From: an uncultured bacterium | GTDB lineage: Bacteria; Zixibacteria; MSB-5A5; CAIYYT01 | Direction of reading: 5' to 3' | Assembly: GCA_963726455.1 (NCBI GenBank) | Contig: CAVSCK010000004.1 | Coordinates: 1,440,001 to 1,504,000 of the forward strand | DNA length: 64,000 nucleotides | In this document: in pieces, positions 30,620 through 41,986 of the stretch | How positions within the stretch are numbered: position 1 is the first letter of the stretch | How the letters are laid out: every line of letters starts with the position of its first letter | The notes under the pieces: model-generated | Told to the model about the DNA's origin: nothing | Seen by the model: the letters and a program-made list of their open reading frames with translations, nothing else | Databases searched by the model: none | Made by a program: the position numbers and the translations under genes

Positions 30620-30841
30620 ATGTCCGAATTCGGCTCGCTCGGGAGGGTGCTGGTCATCGTCGGCGCCGTCGTAGTAGTCGTCGGCCTGCTGCTGCTCTTC
30701 TTCGATCACATTCCACTGCTGGGCAAACTGCCCGGTGATTTCATCATCAAAAGGAAGAACTTCACTCTCTATTTCCCGCTGGCAACCTCTATCGTGCTGA
30801 GCTTGATCTTGAGCTTAATTCTCTACTTGCTGAAGAGGTGA
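30620..30841 (+). CDS. DUF2905 family membrane protein
   Basis: LGKLPGDFII.RKNFTLYFPLATSI signature between two TMs. Confidence 0.85.
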   Translation: MSEFGSLGRVLVIVGAVVVVVGLLLLFFDHIPLLGKLPGDFIIKRKNFTLYFPLATSIVLSLILSLILYLLKR

Positions 30842-30847
30842 GATATA

Positions 30848-31327
30848 ATGAAGAACATCGATCGCCTGTGGGTCCTGGGTCAGTGGATAATCGTAGCTGC
30901 CTTCGCATTGACCTTGATCCTGGTCGAGCCAAAGTCGGCGCGTATACTGCCGTTTTGGGTGGGCATAATTCTGTGCATCGCAGGTCCCATAATTGTTGGC
31001 ATCGCCGTCAACGCTCATAACAAAGTCAACAAGACGCCCAAAATCAAAGTCGGTCCGGTTCCCAATCCCGCAAGGCGTCTGGTCGATTGCGGCATCTATG
31101 CTTACATCCGCCATCCCATGTATCTTGCCGCAATCCTGATCATACTCGGCGCCGCCATCTGGCGAGGCGGGTACGTGGCTTTGGCGTTTGTACTGGTCGC
31201 AATCATCTTCCTCAGTTTCAAGTCGCGGTTCGAGGAACGCCTGCTATGCGAGACCTATCCGGACTATGCGGCTTATATGACCCGCACGGGAAGAATACTG
31301 CCGCGCGTATTCAAGAGCGGCGCGTAG
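30848..31327 (+). CDS. Isoprenylcysteine carboxylmethyltransferase / PEMT family membrane protein
   Basis: LVDCGIYAYIRHPMY, EERLL...YAAY..RTGR.LP. Confidence 0.88.
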   Translation: MKNIDRLWVLGQWIIVAAFALTLILVEPKSARILPFWVGIILCIAGPIIVGIAVNAHNKVNKTPKIKVGPVPNPARRLVDCGIYAYIRHPMYLAAILIILGAAIWRGGYVALAFVLVAIIFLSFKSRFEERLLCETYPDYAAYMTRTGRILPRVFKSGA

Positions 31328-31565
31328 GTAGTTCCGCCGTAGTACGATCCAGGGCCGCCCGCGATTTTTCAAAAAATATCAATCCGCAAATCTGCCATCG
31401 TGTATAACTTCGCAGACATTGAAAGGGCGGCACGTTAGAATTCTCCAACGTATTCGATCTTTCATGGCGAAATCAAAAGGGCTTGGTCTTTAGTTGAAGA
31501 CCATTTTATCATTAGCAGCAACAAAGCAGTTGACCTGTTGACAAGGTCAGTCCCGGGGAGGAACT

Positions 31566-34500
31566 ATGCGCCAATCGGAACACGGTGACGGCGGCGAGGA
31601 ATATCGCCCAGAACCAAACGAACATCCGCCGGCAAAATTGATGACACAAGGCGGCAGCGCTTTGCCCTACGTCATCATTGCCATTCTCGCAATAATCATC
31701 ATCGCCGGCGGTATCTATCTGCTGACTTCCGAACGAGGGCGCGAGACTGTCAAGGTCGAACTGTTCACTCCGACAGATGAAGTTCCGCAGACGACCAACT
31801 TCACGATAACTTTCACCAAAGATCTGGTGAGCGATTCCGCCGTCAACAAACGGCTCGACAGTGCGCCGGTTGAATTTGATCCAAGTCTGCCCGGTAAATT
31901 CGAATGGATCGCGCGCAACAAACTGAGATTCTATCCTGACGTCACACTGGCGCCGTCGACTCACTACACTGCCGAGATTCTCCCGCGCGTCGCGGCGGAT
32001 TATGGCTACGCGTTAAAGGGTGACCGCAAATTCACCTTCTACACTCCCGCGTTTCGTGTGGTCAGTGCCTGGTTGACCTATGAACTTACTCCCGAATCTG
32101 ATCAGCAGGCCAACCTGTTCTCGACCGTCGAATTCAACTATGTCGTCGATCCCAAAGAAGCTCTCAAGTACTTTTCCGTCCAGGACGAGGGCGGCGGAGC
32201 GGTAGAATACACGATACAAACCGAAGCTCCGGCCGCCATTATTGCCCTGAAAGCTGAAGGTGCTCGCCGGGGTGAGAAGGAAAACCAGGTACAACTCAAG
32301 ATCGCCAAAGGGCTGAAACCTTTGGGCGGTAATTCCGGCCTGGCCGCCGACTTTGTCAAACCGCTGACATTGCCCGGCCGCGAGGACCTCAAGGTCGAGA
32401 GTGTTCTGCCCGTTAGGGAATCACCTAACCGGAACACGATTCGCATCGCTTTCAATCTGCCGATCAACGGTGCGACCGCGGCGCCGTTTGTGTCAATCGA
32501 CCCTCCGATCAGCTACAAACTGACCTATTCGCATAACTATCTTGACCTGCACGCCGAATTTGTGCCGAGGACAACCTATCAGGTCAAGCTGCACAAAGGT
32601 CTAAGGGCAATAGATGGTTCGCTCTTGCCGCGGGATTTTGCCAATGCCGTGAACATTATCCGCGAGAATATTCAGCCACAGGTTGGTTTTGTCGGTGACG
32701 GCTTCTATCTCACGCGCACCGGCAACCTCAATGTCGGCATCTCGACGATCAACGTCGACAAGCTGACTATCGAAGTCGAAAAAGTCTTCGCCAACAATCT
32801 CGCCTACCTTCTCAATATGTATGACCTCGGCCGCGAAGGCCGCAACTATGGCTATTATTGGGGAGACGAGGAGGAGGGCGGTGACCGGCCCCGCTATCGT
32901 TCCGACCTGATGGCTGTCGGATCACTGGTGCATCAGGAAGATCTGGCGATTGCTTCACAGCCGAACGAGGAGACAGTCACCCCGCTGAACGTCAAAGACT
33001 ATCTCGACAACAACCGCATCGGCATCTATCGCGTCACTGCCCGGCAGGCGACCGAGCGCTGGAACAATTCCACGCGCTGGGTGGTCGCAACCGATCTGGG
33101 CATACTCGCCAAGAAGGCCAAGGACGATCTCTGGCTCTGGGTCAATTCGCTCTCGACCTTGAAACCGATTGCGGATGTCGAACTCAGATTAGTCAGTCAG
33201 AATAATCAAACCATTGCGACAACCAAAACCGACGGCGACGGCATCGCGATCTTCAAGAACTATGAAACCACTGCCGCCGATTTCCGTCCCTACGTCGTAA
33301 TCGCCACACAGGGCAACGACGTCTCGTTCGTCGAATTGACACGCCGCATGATTCCAACCTCGGATTTTGCCGTCGACGGCAAACCGTATCTTTCCGGCGG
33401 CCTCGAAGCATTCCTCTACACCGAGCGCGGAATTTATCGTCCCGGCGAGACGGTTCATCTCGCGGCAGTCGTGCGCGGCGCCGACCAGACCGTACCGCCT
33501 TCGTTCCCATCGCGATTCAAAGTCACCGGTCCGGATGGCAAAACCGTCGCCGAGGAAAAAGCAGTTCTCAACGAACAAGGTGCGGCTACTTTCGATGTTG
33601 TCGTACCCGAATATCTTCTCACCGGCAAATATCTCGCCACCATGCTGATCGGCGAGAATGAGGAAATTGGCCGCGTCGCGTTCAACGTTGAAGAGTTCGT
33701 GCCCGACCGCATGAAAGTCAAAGCCGCTGCCGACCGAGAGTCGTATGCTTCCGGCGACAAGGTTAACCTCAACGTTGACGCCGTCACTCTCTTCGGGCCG
33801 CCGGCGTCCAACCGCCGCGTGCAGGGTGACGTAATTCTCGAGCCGCAGTCGTTCACTGCACTTAAGTGGAAATCGTTTACTTTCGACGATACCAGAAAGT
33901 CCTTCACCAAACAGACTGACAAACTCGCCGACACTTTGCTCGACGACAACGGCAGGTTCACTTATCGTTACGAAATTCCCAAAGGTCTGACACCACCATC
34001 CGCGATCAAGGGCACGATCTTCGTAACTGTTCTCGAACCGGGAGGCCGCGGTGTCTCTGCCGCCGCGAACATCATGGTTCATCCGTATGGCAATTACGTT
34101 GGCCTCAGGCAACAACAGGATGGTTACGCCCAACCCAACACCGCAACGAATATCGAATTCATATCGGTCAGCCCCGACGGCGAGCCAATTTCCGGCCGCA
34201 ACATCGAAGTCGTCTTTACGCGCATTTACTGGCACAGCATCTTGAAGTACGACGAACGTTTCAACGCCTACCGCTACGTCTCCGAAGTGGTCGAAGATCC
34301 GGTTGAACGCTTCAACGTCACATCCGGCGTCGGAGTCGGCACCTTCAAAGTCACTCCCGATGATTACGGCAGCTATCGTGTGGCTGTGCGCGATGTCGAA
34401 TCAGGCGCTTCGTCCTCGATTCGATTCTATGCCTCCGGCTGGGGTTATGCTCCCTGGGCAATGGATCACCCAGACCGAATCGAGATCGACCTTGACAAAC

Positions 34501-37085
34501 AATCCTACCAACCCGGCGAAGTGGCTCAGGTACAGATTCGCGCGCCCTTTGCAGGGAAACTTCTCCTGACAATCGAGCGGGAGAAAGTGTTCGAACACCG
34601 CATCGTCACCATGACCGAAAACACTGCGACGATCAAATTGCCGGTGAGCGAAATCCTCAAACCGAACGCCTATATTTCCGCACATCTGATTCGCTCCACC
34701 GAGAAGCTCGACCGCGATTCACGCGCGCGCGCTTTCGGCACGGTACCGATCTTCGTCAATACCGATCGCAACAAACTCTCGGTTGACCTGCAGCTACCGA
34801 CGGAGATTCGCCCGAAAAACAAGCTCACAGTCAACTTCAAAGTCTCCGGCCAGACTCGCGGCACACCTTACTTGACGATAGCCGCCGTCGATGAAGGCAT
34901 TTGCCAGCTCACGGATTTTCAGACGCCCGATGCTCACGGCTATTTCTTCAGCAAAAAGCGGCTCTCGGTGGAATCCTACGATGTCTATGGCGTAGTCCTG
35001 CCCGAAATATCCTCCCCCTCGGGTGACTTGGGCGCGGCGGCCCGCCGGCGTCTGATGCCGATTTCCGTCACTCGCGTAAAGCCGGTCGCGTTCTGGTCCG
35101 GTCTGCTTACTACTGATGCGCAGGGCAACGGTTCGGTCAGTTTCGATGTACCTCAATTCAACGGCTCGATTCGCGTGATGGCTGTTGCATTCGGCGGTGA
35201 CAAATTCGGCAAAGCGGAACAAAACGTGTTTGTCCGCGAACCGATCGTGCTAACACCTACATACCCGCGCTTTATCGGCTCCACCGACGAACTGACTGTG
35301 CCCGTCAGCATCTACAACAACACCGGCGCTGATGCAACCTTTACTGTCGATCTGTCAGCCACCGGGCCGGTCAAACTCACCGAGGGCGGCTCTCGCTCTA
35401 TCAAGATTCCTTCCGGTCGCGAGATGCCTGTCTACTATCGAGTCAAAGCCGATCAGTCGATTGGCAAAGTGACGTTCAAACTCTCGGCGAGTGGCGGCGG
35501 CGCTACGGCATCTCAGGAGGAAGAACTCGCCCTCCGGCCACCGGTGCCATTTATTACCATTTCCGGCAACGGATCAGCAACCGCGACGGCTTCAGCAACG
35601 TTCAAATTCCCTGCCGATTGGATGCCGGGCACCTCCGACTTCACGCTGTCGACTTCATCTTTCCCGGCTGTTCGCTTCGCCGGCAGTTTGCAGTACTTGC
35701 TCGGCTATCCACACGGATGCGTCGAACAAACGACCTCGAAACTCTTCCCGATGCTTTACTTCGACGAGTTGGCGCGCCTTGCCGAACCGGAGTTGTTCAA
35801 GAAGAACTCGGTCGATTACTACATCGAGGAAGGCATCACCAAACTCGTCAACATGCAGTTAACTTCCGGCGGGTTCACCTACTGGCCTCAGGGCGACTAC
35901 CAGAATAACTGGAGTTCGATTTATGCGTCGCACTTCCTCGTTGAAGCTCGCAAAGCCGGTTACACTATTCCCGACCGCACTTATGATCGCATGATGGATG
36001 CGCTCCGAGGTTTCGCGCGTGATTATCGCACCGGCAAATTTGACGAATACCAAACTTCCGCCTATGCCAACTATGTTCTCGCGCTGGCGGGCAAACCCGA
36101 TCGCAGTACCATCTTCTATATCAAGGACAATGCCATCGACGCGCTCACGGAATATTCGCGCTACCAACTTATCGGCGCTCTCGCTCTGGCGGGAGATGTC
36201 GCCTCTGCGCGTCAATTGTTGCCGAAGACCGTGCTCTCGTCCGACAGTCTGCGGGAATGGGAAAGCGGCGGCAATTTCAATTCGCCGATTCGTTCCCGCG
36301 CTATCATGCTCGATATCCTCGCGGAAATCGAACCGACCAGCCCGCAAATTCCCAAACTAGTCGAGAGTCTGAGCAAGGCGGTTAACCCGCAGGGACGCTG
36401 GTACACTACGCAGGAAAATGCCTACGCTCTCATGGCGCTCGGCAAAGTGATGAAGAAACAGCCGCAGGCCAACTTCACTGGCACCGTGAAGCTCAACGGT
36501 GTATCTATCGGCCAGATCGACAACCAGAATTTCAATTTCCGCGCCAAAGATTGGGGCGGCAGGGAAGTCACCATCTCCATTTCCGGTTCTGGCGTCTGTT
36601 ACTACTATTGGCGGGTCGACGGCCTGCCTTCCACGCTCAAGATCGATGAATACGATAACGATCTGCAGGTGCGCCGCCGCTACCTCGACGAAAGCGGCAA
36701 TCCCGTCGACTACGCGACATTGCGGCAGGGCGACATGGTCATCGCCGAAATCACGATCAAGGCGCTCAGCGAATCTCTCGACAACGTCGCCATCGTCGAT
36801 ATGCTGCCGACTGCATTCGAAATCGAAAATCCGCGCCTGCAATCCCGCCGCGGCATCACCTGGATCGGCGACAAGGCCTATCAGCCGCTTTACATGGATA
36901 TGCGCGACGACCGCATGATTCTCTACGGCAACTTCCTGTTCGGCAAGGAACAGAAATGTTACTACGGCATTCGCGTCGTCTCCGAGGGTTCGTTTATCGT
37001 GCCGCCGGTTCGCGCTGAAGCGATGTACGCGCCGATGAAAGCATCCGTCGCGTCCAGCGGTAAGATCGAAGTCAAACGTCCGTGA
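31566..37085 (+). CDS. Bacterial alpha-2-macroglobulin (YfhM-like)
   Basis: YTERGIYRPGE, VEEFVPDR, AAVDEGI, thioester YPHGCVEQ, YTTQENA, AEAMYAP; followed by pbpC. Confidence 0.95.
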   Translation: MRQSEHGDGGEEYRPEPNEHPPAKLMTQGGSALPYVIIAILAIIIIAGGIYLLTSERGRETVKVELFTPTDEVPQTTNFTITFTKDLVSDSAVNKRLDSAPVEFDPSLPGKFEWIARNKLRFYPDVTLAPSTHYTAEILPRVAADYGYALKGDRKFTFYTPAFRVVSAWLTYELTPESDQQANLFSTVEFNYVVDPKEALKYFSVQDEGGGAVEYTIQTEAPAAIIALKAEGARRGEKENQVQLKIAKGLKPLGGNSGLAADFVKPLTLPGREDLKVESVLPVRESPNRNTIRIAFNLPINGATAAPFVSIDPPISYKLTYSHNYLDLHAEFVPRTTYQVKLHKGLRAIDGSLLPRDFANAVNIIRENIQPQVGFVGDGFYLTRTGNLNVGISTINVDKLTIEVEKVFANNLAYLLNMYDLGREGRNYGYYWGDEEEGGDRPRYRSDLMAVGSLVHQEDLAIASQPNEETVTPLNVKDYLDNNRIGIYRVTARQATERWNNSTRWVVATDLGILAKKAKDDLWLWVNSLSTLKPIADVELRLVSQNNQTIATTKTDGDGIAIFKNYETTAADFRPYVVIATQGNDVSFVELTRRMIPTSDFAVDGKPYLSGGLEAFLYTERGIYRPGETVHLAAVVRGADQTVPPSFPSRFKVTGPDGKTVAEEKAVLNEQGAATFDVVVPEYLLTGKYLATMLIGENEEIGRVAFNVEEFVPDRMKVKAAADRESYASGDKVNLNVDAVTLFGPPASNRRVQGDVILEPQSFTALKWKSFTFDDTRKSFTKQTDKLADTLLDDNGRFTYRYEIPKGLTPPSAIKGTIFVTVLEPGGRGVSAAANIMVHPYGNYVGLRQQQDGYAQPNTATNIEFISVSPDGEPISGRNIEVVFTRIYWHSILKYDERFNAYRYVSEVVEDPVERFNVTSGVGVGTFKVTPDDYGSYRVAVRDVESGASSSIRFYASGWGYAPWAMDHPDRIEIDLDKQSYQPGEVAQVQIRAPFAGKLLLTIEREKVFEHRIVTMTENTATIKLPVSEILKPNAYISAHLIRSTEKLDRDSRARAFGTVPIFVNTDRNKLSVDLQLPTEIRPKNKLTVNFKVSGQTRGTPYLTIAAVDEGICQLTDFQTPDAHGYFFSKKRLSVESYDVYGVVLPEISSPSGDLGAAARRRLMPISVTRVKPVAFWSGLLTTDAQGNGSVSFDVPQFNGSIRVMAVAFGGDKFGKAEQNVFVREPIVLTPTYPRFIGSTDELTVPVSIYNNTGADATFTVDLSATGPVKLTEGGSRSIKIPSGREMPVYYRVKADQSIGKVTFKLSASGGGATASQEEELALRPPVPFITISGNGSATATASATFKFPADWMPGTSDFTLSTSSFPAVRFAGSLQYLLGYPHGCVEQTTSKLFPMLYFDELARLAEPELFKKNSVDYYIEEGITKLVNMQLTSGGFTYWPQGDYQNNWSSIYASHFLVEARKAGYTIPDRTYDRMMDALRGFARDYRTGKFDEYQTSAYANYVLALAGKPDRSTIFYIKDNAIDALTEYSRYQLIGALALAGDVASARQLLPKTVLSSDSLREWESGGNFNSPIRSRAIMLDILAEIEPTSPQIPKLVESLSKAVNPQGRWYTTQENAYALMALGKVMKKQPQANFTGTVKLNGVSIGQIDNQNFNFRAKDWGGREVTISISGSGVCYYYWRVDGLPSTLKIDEYDNDLQVRRRYLDESGNPVDYATLRQGDMVIAEITIKALSESLDNVAIVDMLPTAFEIENPRLQSRRGITWIGDKAYQPLYMDMRDDRMILYGNFLFGKEQKCYYGIRVVSEGSFIVPPVRAEAMYAPMKASVASSGKIEVKRP

Positions 37086-37125
37086 CTATAAGAGTGGTGT
37101 GACTAACGTGAATCCGTCTCTCAAC

Positions 37126-39437
37126 ATGCGCGTCGCTCGCTGGTTTCTGACGTTGCTGGCAGTGTTCAGTCGGCTTATTCACTGCCGCGTTTCTGATTTT
37201 CCCGTTGCCGACAGACAAACTGAATCTGCCGGCATCGACCGTTGTCTCTGGATCGCAACGGCCAACTGCTGCGCGCCTATCTTGCTCCCGACCAGATGTG
37301 GCGGATTCACGTTGACGGCAATCAGATCTCACCGGCTCTCAAAACCACCGTGCTCGCATACGAAGATCGCGCCTTCTATCGCCACCCCGGCATCAATCCA
37401 AAATCAATTCTGCGCGCCGCCATTTCTAACTGGCGCGCCGGACGAGTCACCCAGGGTGGTTCCACGATTACCATGCAAGTCGCGCGCCTGATGGAGCCCA
37501 AAGACCGAACCATGACCGGCAAGCTGATCGAAATCTTCCGCGCCCTGCAACTTGAAGTGCGGTACTCAAAGGATGAGATTCTGACATTCTACTTCAACCT
37601 AGCCCCCTACGGTGGGAATATCATCGGCGTCGGCGCTGCCTCGCGATTCTATTTCGGCAAGAGCCCCGACAAACTCAGCTTCGGGGAGGCCGCTCTGCTG
37701 GCGGCCATCCCCAATTCGCCTAATCGCTATCGGCCTGACATCAAGGCATCAGAAGCCAAACCCGGCCGCGACAAAATTCTTGGCCTCCTTCGCAGACAAT
37801 CGAAGATCACATCGGCACAATACGCCGAAGCTCTTGCCGAGTACGTTCCGGACAGGCGTTTCGACATGCCGTTCAACGCTCCTCAATTTGCCGACTTCTT
37901 GATCAAGTGTTATCCGCAGCAGGACGAACTGCATTCGACCATCGATCCGACAGTTCAACATCTGGCCGAGACCACTCTCCGCGCGCATCTGAAGCCCTTG
38001 ATACCACAGGGCATCACCAACGGCGCTGTCGTCGTCATTGACAATGTTTCGAAGGATGTCCTCGCACTAGTTGGTTCGGTGGACTTCACCGACTCGCTCA
38101 ACAAGGGCCAGGTCAACGGCGCCGTCGCTCCGCGATCTCCCGGCTCTGCGCTCAAACCTTTTGTCTACGCCATCGGCATCGACGAAGGCCTGATCTCGCC
38201 GCGTAGTTTGCTCTATGATGTTCCGGTCAACTACTCCGGTTATCGTCCGGTCAACTATGATGAAACCTACCACGGCGCCGTGACAGCCGAGGACGCGCTG
38301 ATCCGCTCGCTCAACGTTCCCGCCGTCAATCTCTCCGCCAAACTCGGCGGCGATGGCGTTTACACTTTGCTCAAGGATGCCGGCATAACCACGCTGCCGA
38401 ATCCGCAGGAATACTATGGACTATCGCTTATTCTCGGTGGCTGCGAAGTCAACCTGCTCGAATTGACCAACATCTATTCCGGCCTTGCTGACAGCGGCGC
38501 CTTTCGCGACTACCGATTGCTGAAGTCCGCTCCCGATCCAATTGCGCGCAAGCTTCTGTCATCCGGAACCTGCTACATCATAACCGACATCCTTAGTCAA
38601 TTGCGCCGCCCTGAACTGCCGGCAGTCTGGGAGGCGACTTTGCATCTTCCCAAAGTTGCCTGGAAGACCGGCACCTCGTACGGCAAACGCGACGCGTGGA
38701 GCGTCGGCTTTACGCCAAGGTTTACAATCGGTGTCTGGGCCGGCAACTTCGATGGGAAAGGCAATCCCCGGCTCGTCGGCGCTGAGGTTGCCACTCCGAT
38801 TCTCTTCGACATTTTCGACGCGCTGGAAAGTGCCGGCGACAATCGCTGGTTCGTTCCGCCGAACACCGTGGCACGACGGCAGGTCTGCGCCGTCAGCGGC
38901 CAACTTCTCTCCGCCTACTGCGCTGCGACTGCCAACGAAATCTATCTGCCCGGCATTTCTCCCAACCAACCCTGCGCCATGCATGAGATAATCATGGTTG
39001 ATAAACAAACCGGCAAACGCCTGTGCAGCCATTGTCGCGCCAAACGCACCTATGATGAGAAGATCGTCGTCAACTGGCCGGCGGAAATCGCCACCTGGAT
39101 GGAGCGCAACGGCTATCCGATCGATCCTATGCCGGAACACTTCGCGCAGTGCCCGCAACTTGCCTCTGGACAAAATCCGGTGATAGTATCTCCCTCACCT
39201 GACGCCGAGTACTTCATCCTGCCCGATGTTGATATCCAATACCAGAAGATTCTGCTGGATGCTTCGGTCTCAAACCGGACGCGCACTGTCTACTGGTTCC
39301 TCAACAAGCGGCTCATATCTTCTGGCAGTCCTGCAAAGAAAGTCTTCATCACTCCCACCGCCGGAACGCACACGTTAGTATGTCTCGATGATGAAGGCCG
39401 CTCCGCCGAGGTCAAACTCACCATTCGCAATCAATAA
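37126..39437 (+). CDS. pbpC: Penicillin-binding protein 1C (two +1 frameshifts near the 5' end)
   Basis: EDRAFY.HPG, GGSTITMQVARL, SPGSALKPF, SLNVPAV, KTGTS; N-terminal anchor is spread over three frames (extra bases ~37168 and ~37247). Confidence 0.9.
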
Positions 39438-39505
39438 GCATTCGTGTCATTACGAGGAGCGTGGGGTATGGAAGTGCAGTGAAGAGCGTGACAACGCAAA
39501 CACAC

Positions 39506-39543
39506 AAAAAAATCGCCCGGACCCCCGGCAGAGGGTCCAGGCG
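39506..39543 (-). terminator. Rho-independent terminator of the hybA/hybB-like-cytochrome operon
   Basis: Minus strand CGCCTGGACCC...GGGTCCGGGCG followed by T7. Confidence 0.7.
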
Positions 39544-39573
39544 CAGGAGGCGATGTATAATCGCAAATCTGTC

Positions 39574-40719
39574 TTACATATCCGTCCGCTTGACTCTCAT
39601 CCCCGGCGGTGCTTTGTCGGCAGTACGCCCGTCGTCATGACAACTATCGCACTTGGGATTTTCGTCGTACTTGTGCTCGGCGTGACAATCAGTGCACTCA
39701 AGTTGTGAGTGAACTTCGTCGAGCTGCAGGCCGACTACGGCGTGCCTGAAATTCTCCTGGTTCCAACCAGCATGGCAATTGGAGCACATGCGGTTGAGTT
39801 TGGAGATTCGCTTTCCAGTCGGATGACAGGCCCAGCAATCAAGTTTGTTGTGATACGGATTTAGCGGCCAACCGGTCTTGTTGTGCGTGAATCCGGGACG
39901 TTCCTGGGTGTCGTGGCATTTGCTGCACTGATCCGACCGATGGCAGTCGTTGCAGATGGCATGCACCTGTTCTTGCGTCTTTTGTGTATAGGCAACCTTC
40001 TGAATGTCATGACAGTTGCCGCAATTCTCTTTTGCATGGCAGTTCGTGCACTTGAACCCGAACAGATCGACATGTTCTTTGTGCTGGAACGTCACCACCG
40101 GACCCAACTTGTACGGAGTGGTATATACTCTCTTAAGGGGCACCGTAATAACCGGGTGCGACGCGCCCATGATGTCTGTCGGATCCTTCGACGCCTTGGC
40201 AATGTCACTTCCCTGCTTCGGCAAATGGCATACGATGCACTTGGTGTCGTGGCTCCATTCGCGATGGCACGACAGGCACTGCCGATGATAAGCGCCTTTG
40301 AGATTCGGTTTACCCAGGTCGGTTGATTGCGCGTCCGTATTGTGACAATCCTTACAGGGAGGAATTACCCCTTTGGGGCTGTAATGGTGACACGTGGCAC
40401 ATTCCAGATTCATCTGTGCCATCGAGGCATGAACTTTGTGATTGAAATGGACACCCTGATATTGCTCCGACAGCTCATCCAGCAACATCGAGTCGGGCGC
40501 ATCCACCAGATTGTGCCTGCTTGTCTGATGTACCATCTGTGTGCGCGGACAGGTTTTCAAACACGGGTCATGAAAGGTCGGCACCTCGCAGGTATGACAT
40601 TGCTTGCAGTCCGACTTGGGCATGGCCGCCGATGAATTGTTTTGGCCGTAGACCGCCAGCGTCATCACTGCCGACAGCAGCAATCCCGCAAATAACGCTA
40701 ATCTATGTCGATTGTTCAT
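39574..40719 (-). CDS. Periplasmic multiheme cytochrome c (13 CxxCH; cytochrome c3/HmcA-like)
   Basis: Signal peptide; CKQCH, CATCH, CKDCH, CLSCH, CIVCH, CTNCH, CGNCH, CNDCH, CSKCH, CWACH, CSNCH, CTDCH, CDSCH; c3-type FNHKVH. Confidence 0.93.
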   Translation of the reverse strand: MNNRHRLALFAGLLLSAVMTLAVYGQNNSSAAMPKSDCKQCHTCEVPTFHDPCLKTCPRTQMVHQTSRHNLVDAPDSMLLDELSEQYQGVHFNHKVHASMAQMNLECATCHHYSPKGVIPPCKDCHNTDAQSTDLGKPNLKGAYHRQCLSCHREWSHDTKCIVCHLPKQGSDIAKASKDPTDIMGASHPVITVPLKRVYTTPYKLGPVVTFQHKEHVDLFGFKCTNCHAKENCGNCHDIQKVAYTQKTQEQVHAICNDCHRSDQCSKCHDTQERPGFTHNKTGWPLNPYHNKLDCWACHPTGKRISKLNRMCSNCHAGWNQENFRHAVVGLQLDEVHSQLECTDCHAEHKYDENPKCDSCHDDGRTADKAPPGMRVKRTDM

Positions 40720-40729
40720 TGCACCTCAC

Positions 40730-41986
40730 CTACTTCAATCCGAGATCAACGTTGGCAACTCTGACTGATTCCGTCGACCTCTTGTCCAATGGTACCGATA
40801 TCACCGGGAACGTCATCACCGCAAACCGGTACACCAGCACCAACATTGCCACCAGTCCTATCGTCACCATGAATTCGTAAGGCGACGGGAAATATGTCTT
40901 CTCCGCATAAAGCGGCTTATAAGCGATCAGGAATACGTCAATGCGGTTGAGCAAAACACCGCCGATCACCAGCGACGCCGACGTGAACAATCCCGCAATC
41001 GACCGCCGCACGCTCGGAATCGCAAGCATGATCATTGGCAGAATGACGCCTGCCGTCAGTTCCAGAATGAACATCCCCGACTGTAAACTCCCCTCGAACA
41101 CGTACGGCCAGGCGTTTCTGATCGTCAAGTCACCGATCTTGAATCCCAGGTAAATTCCGAGTAAGATCGGCGTATAGCGTGCGATAGACGATAACAGTTT
41201 TCGTTCCGGCTGGAGTTTGAACGAGCGCGATGCCAGTATCGATTCGAAAATCACCATCGGAAATCCCACCGAGATGGCCGACAGCAAGAACAGCAGCGGC
41301 GAAATCGGCGTATACCACAGCGGATGCATCTTGGTAGGGGCAATCATCATCAACGTCCCCAGCGATGACTGGTGCAGACACGACAGCACCACGCCGGCGA
41401 TGAGAAACAGCCAAATAAATTGCCTCAGGAATCGCTGGCAGAGGCGCAGCACGCCGTCGACCAGCCCGTTCAAGGGCGCAAGCAGATGCGGTAGTTTTAC
41501 GCGCCCGATGAATCTCTCCGCAACGATCGGCACGAATTCGATATACAGGACGGTCAGATAAACCATCACACACATACCGACTTCAAAAAGTACCGAATTG
41601 CCCTGCCACATATTCGGAAGCATTGGATGCCATACATTATAGTACCGTCCGAGGTCAGCCAGCAAACCGATCACTACGAACGTGTACCCCAAAAGCGCGG
41701 TTAACAATGCCGGTCGAACGACGGCGTGGTATTCTTTCTTGTGAAATATCTCAACCAGTGCCGCCGTCGTAAAACCGCCCGCCGCCAGTGCCACTCCCGA
41801 AGCCACGTCAATGGAAATCCAGATGCCCCATGGATATTGATTGGTCAGGTTGGTCGCGGCCTGCAGGCCGAAAATGAGTCGATAGATGTAAGCAAACGCG
41901 CCGACCGCCGCAATCATCGCGACAAACAACGTCCCCTGCGTGAAAAATCTCCCCTTTACCGGAGCCGGAGTCTCAAGAGTGCTCAT
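40730..41986 (-). CDS. NrfD/PsrC-family membrane subunit (HybB/HmcC-like)
   Basis: YPWGIWI..DVASGVALAAGGF, DLGRYY, SVLFEV..C, LHQSSLG. Confidence 0.9.
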   Translation of the reverse strand: MSTLETPAPVKGRFFTQGTLFVAMIAAVGAFAYIYRLIFGLQAATNLTNQYPWGIWISIDVASGVALAAGGFTTAALVEIFHKKEYHAVVRPALLTALLGYTFVVIGLLADLGRYYNVWHPMLPNMWQGNSVLFEVGMCVMVYLTVLYIEFVPIVAERFIGRVKLPHLLAPLNGLVDGVLRLCQRFLRQFIWLFLIAGVVLSCLHQSSLGTLMMIAPTKMHPLWYTPISPLLFLLSAISVGFPMVIFESILASRSFKLQPERKLLSSIARYTPILLGIYLGFKIGDLTIRNAWPYVFEGSLQSGMFILELTAGVILPMIMLAIPSVRRSIAGLFTSASLVIGGVLLNRIDVFLIAYKPLYAEKTYFPSPYEFMVTIGLVAMLVLVYRFAVMTFPVISVPLDKRSTESVRVANVDLGLK

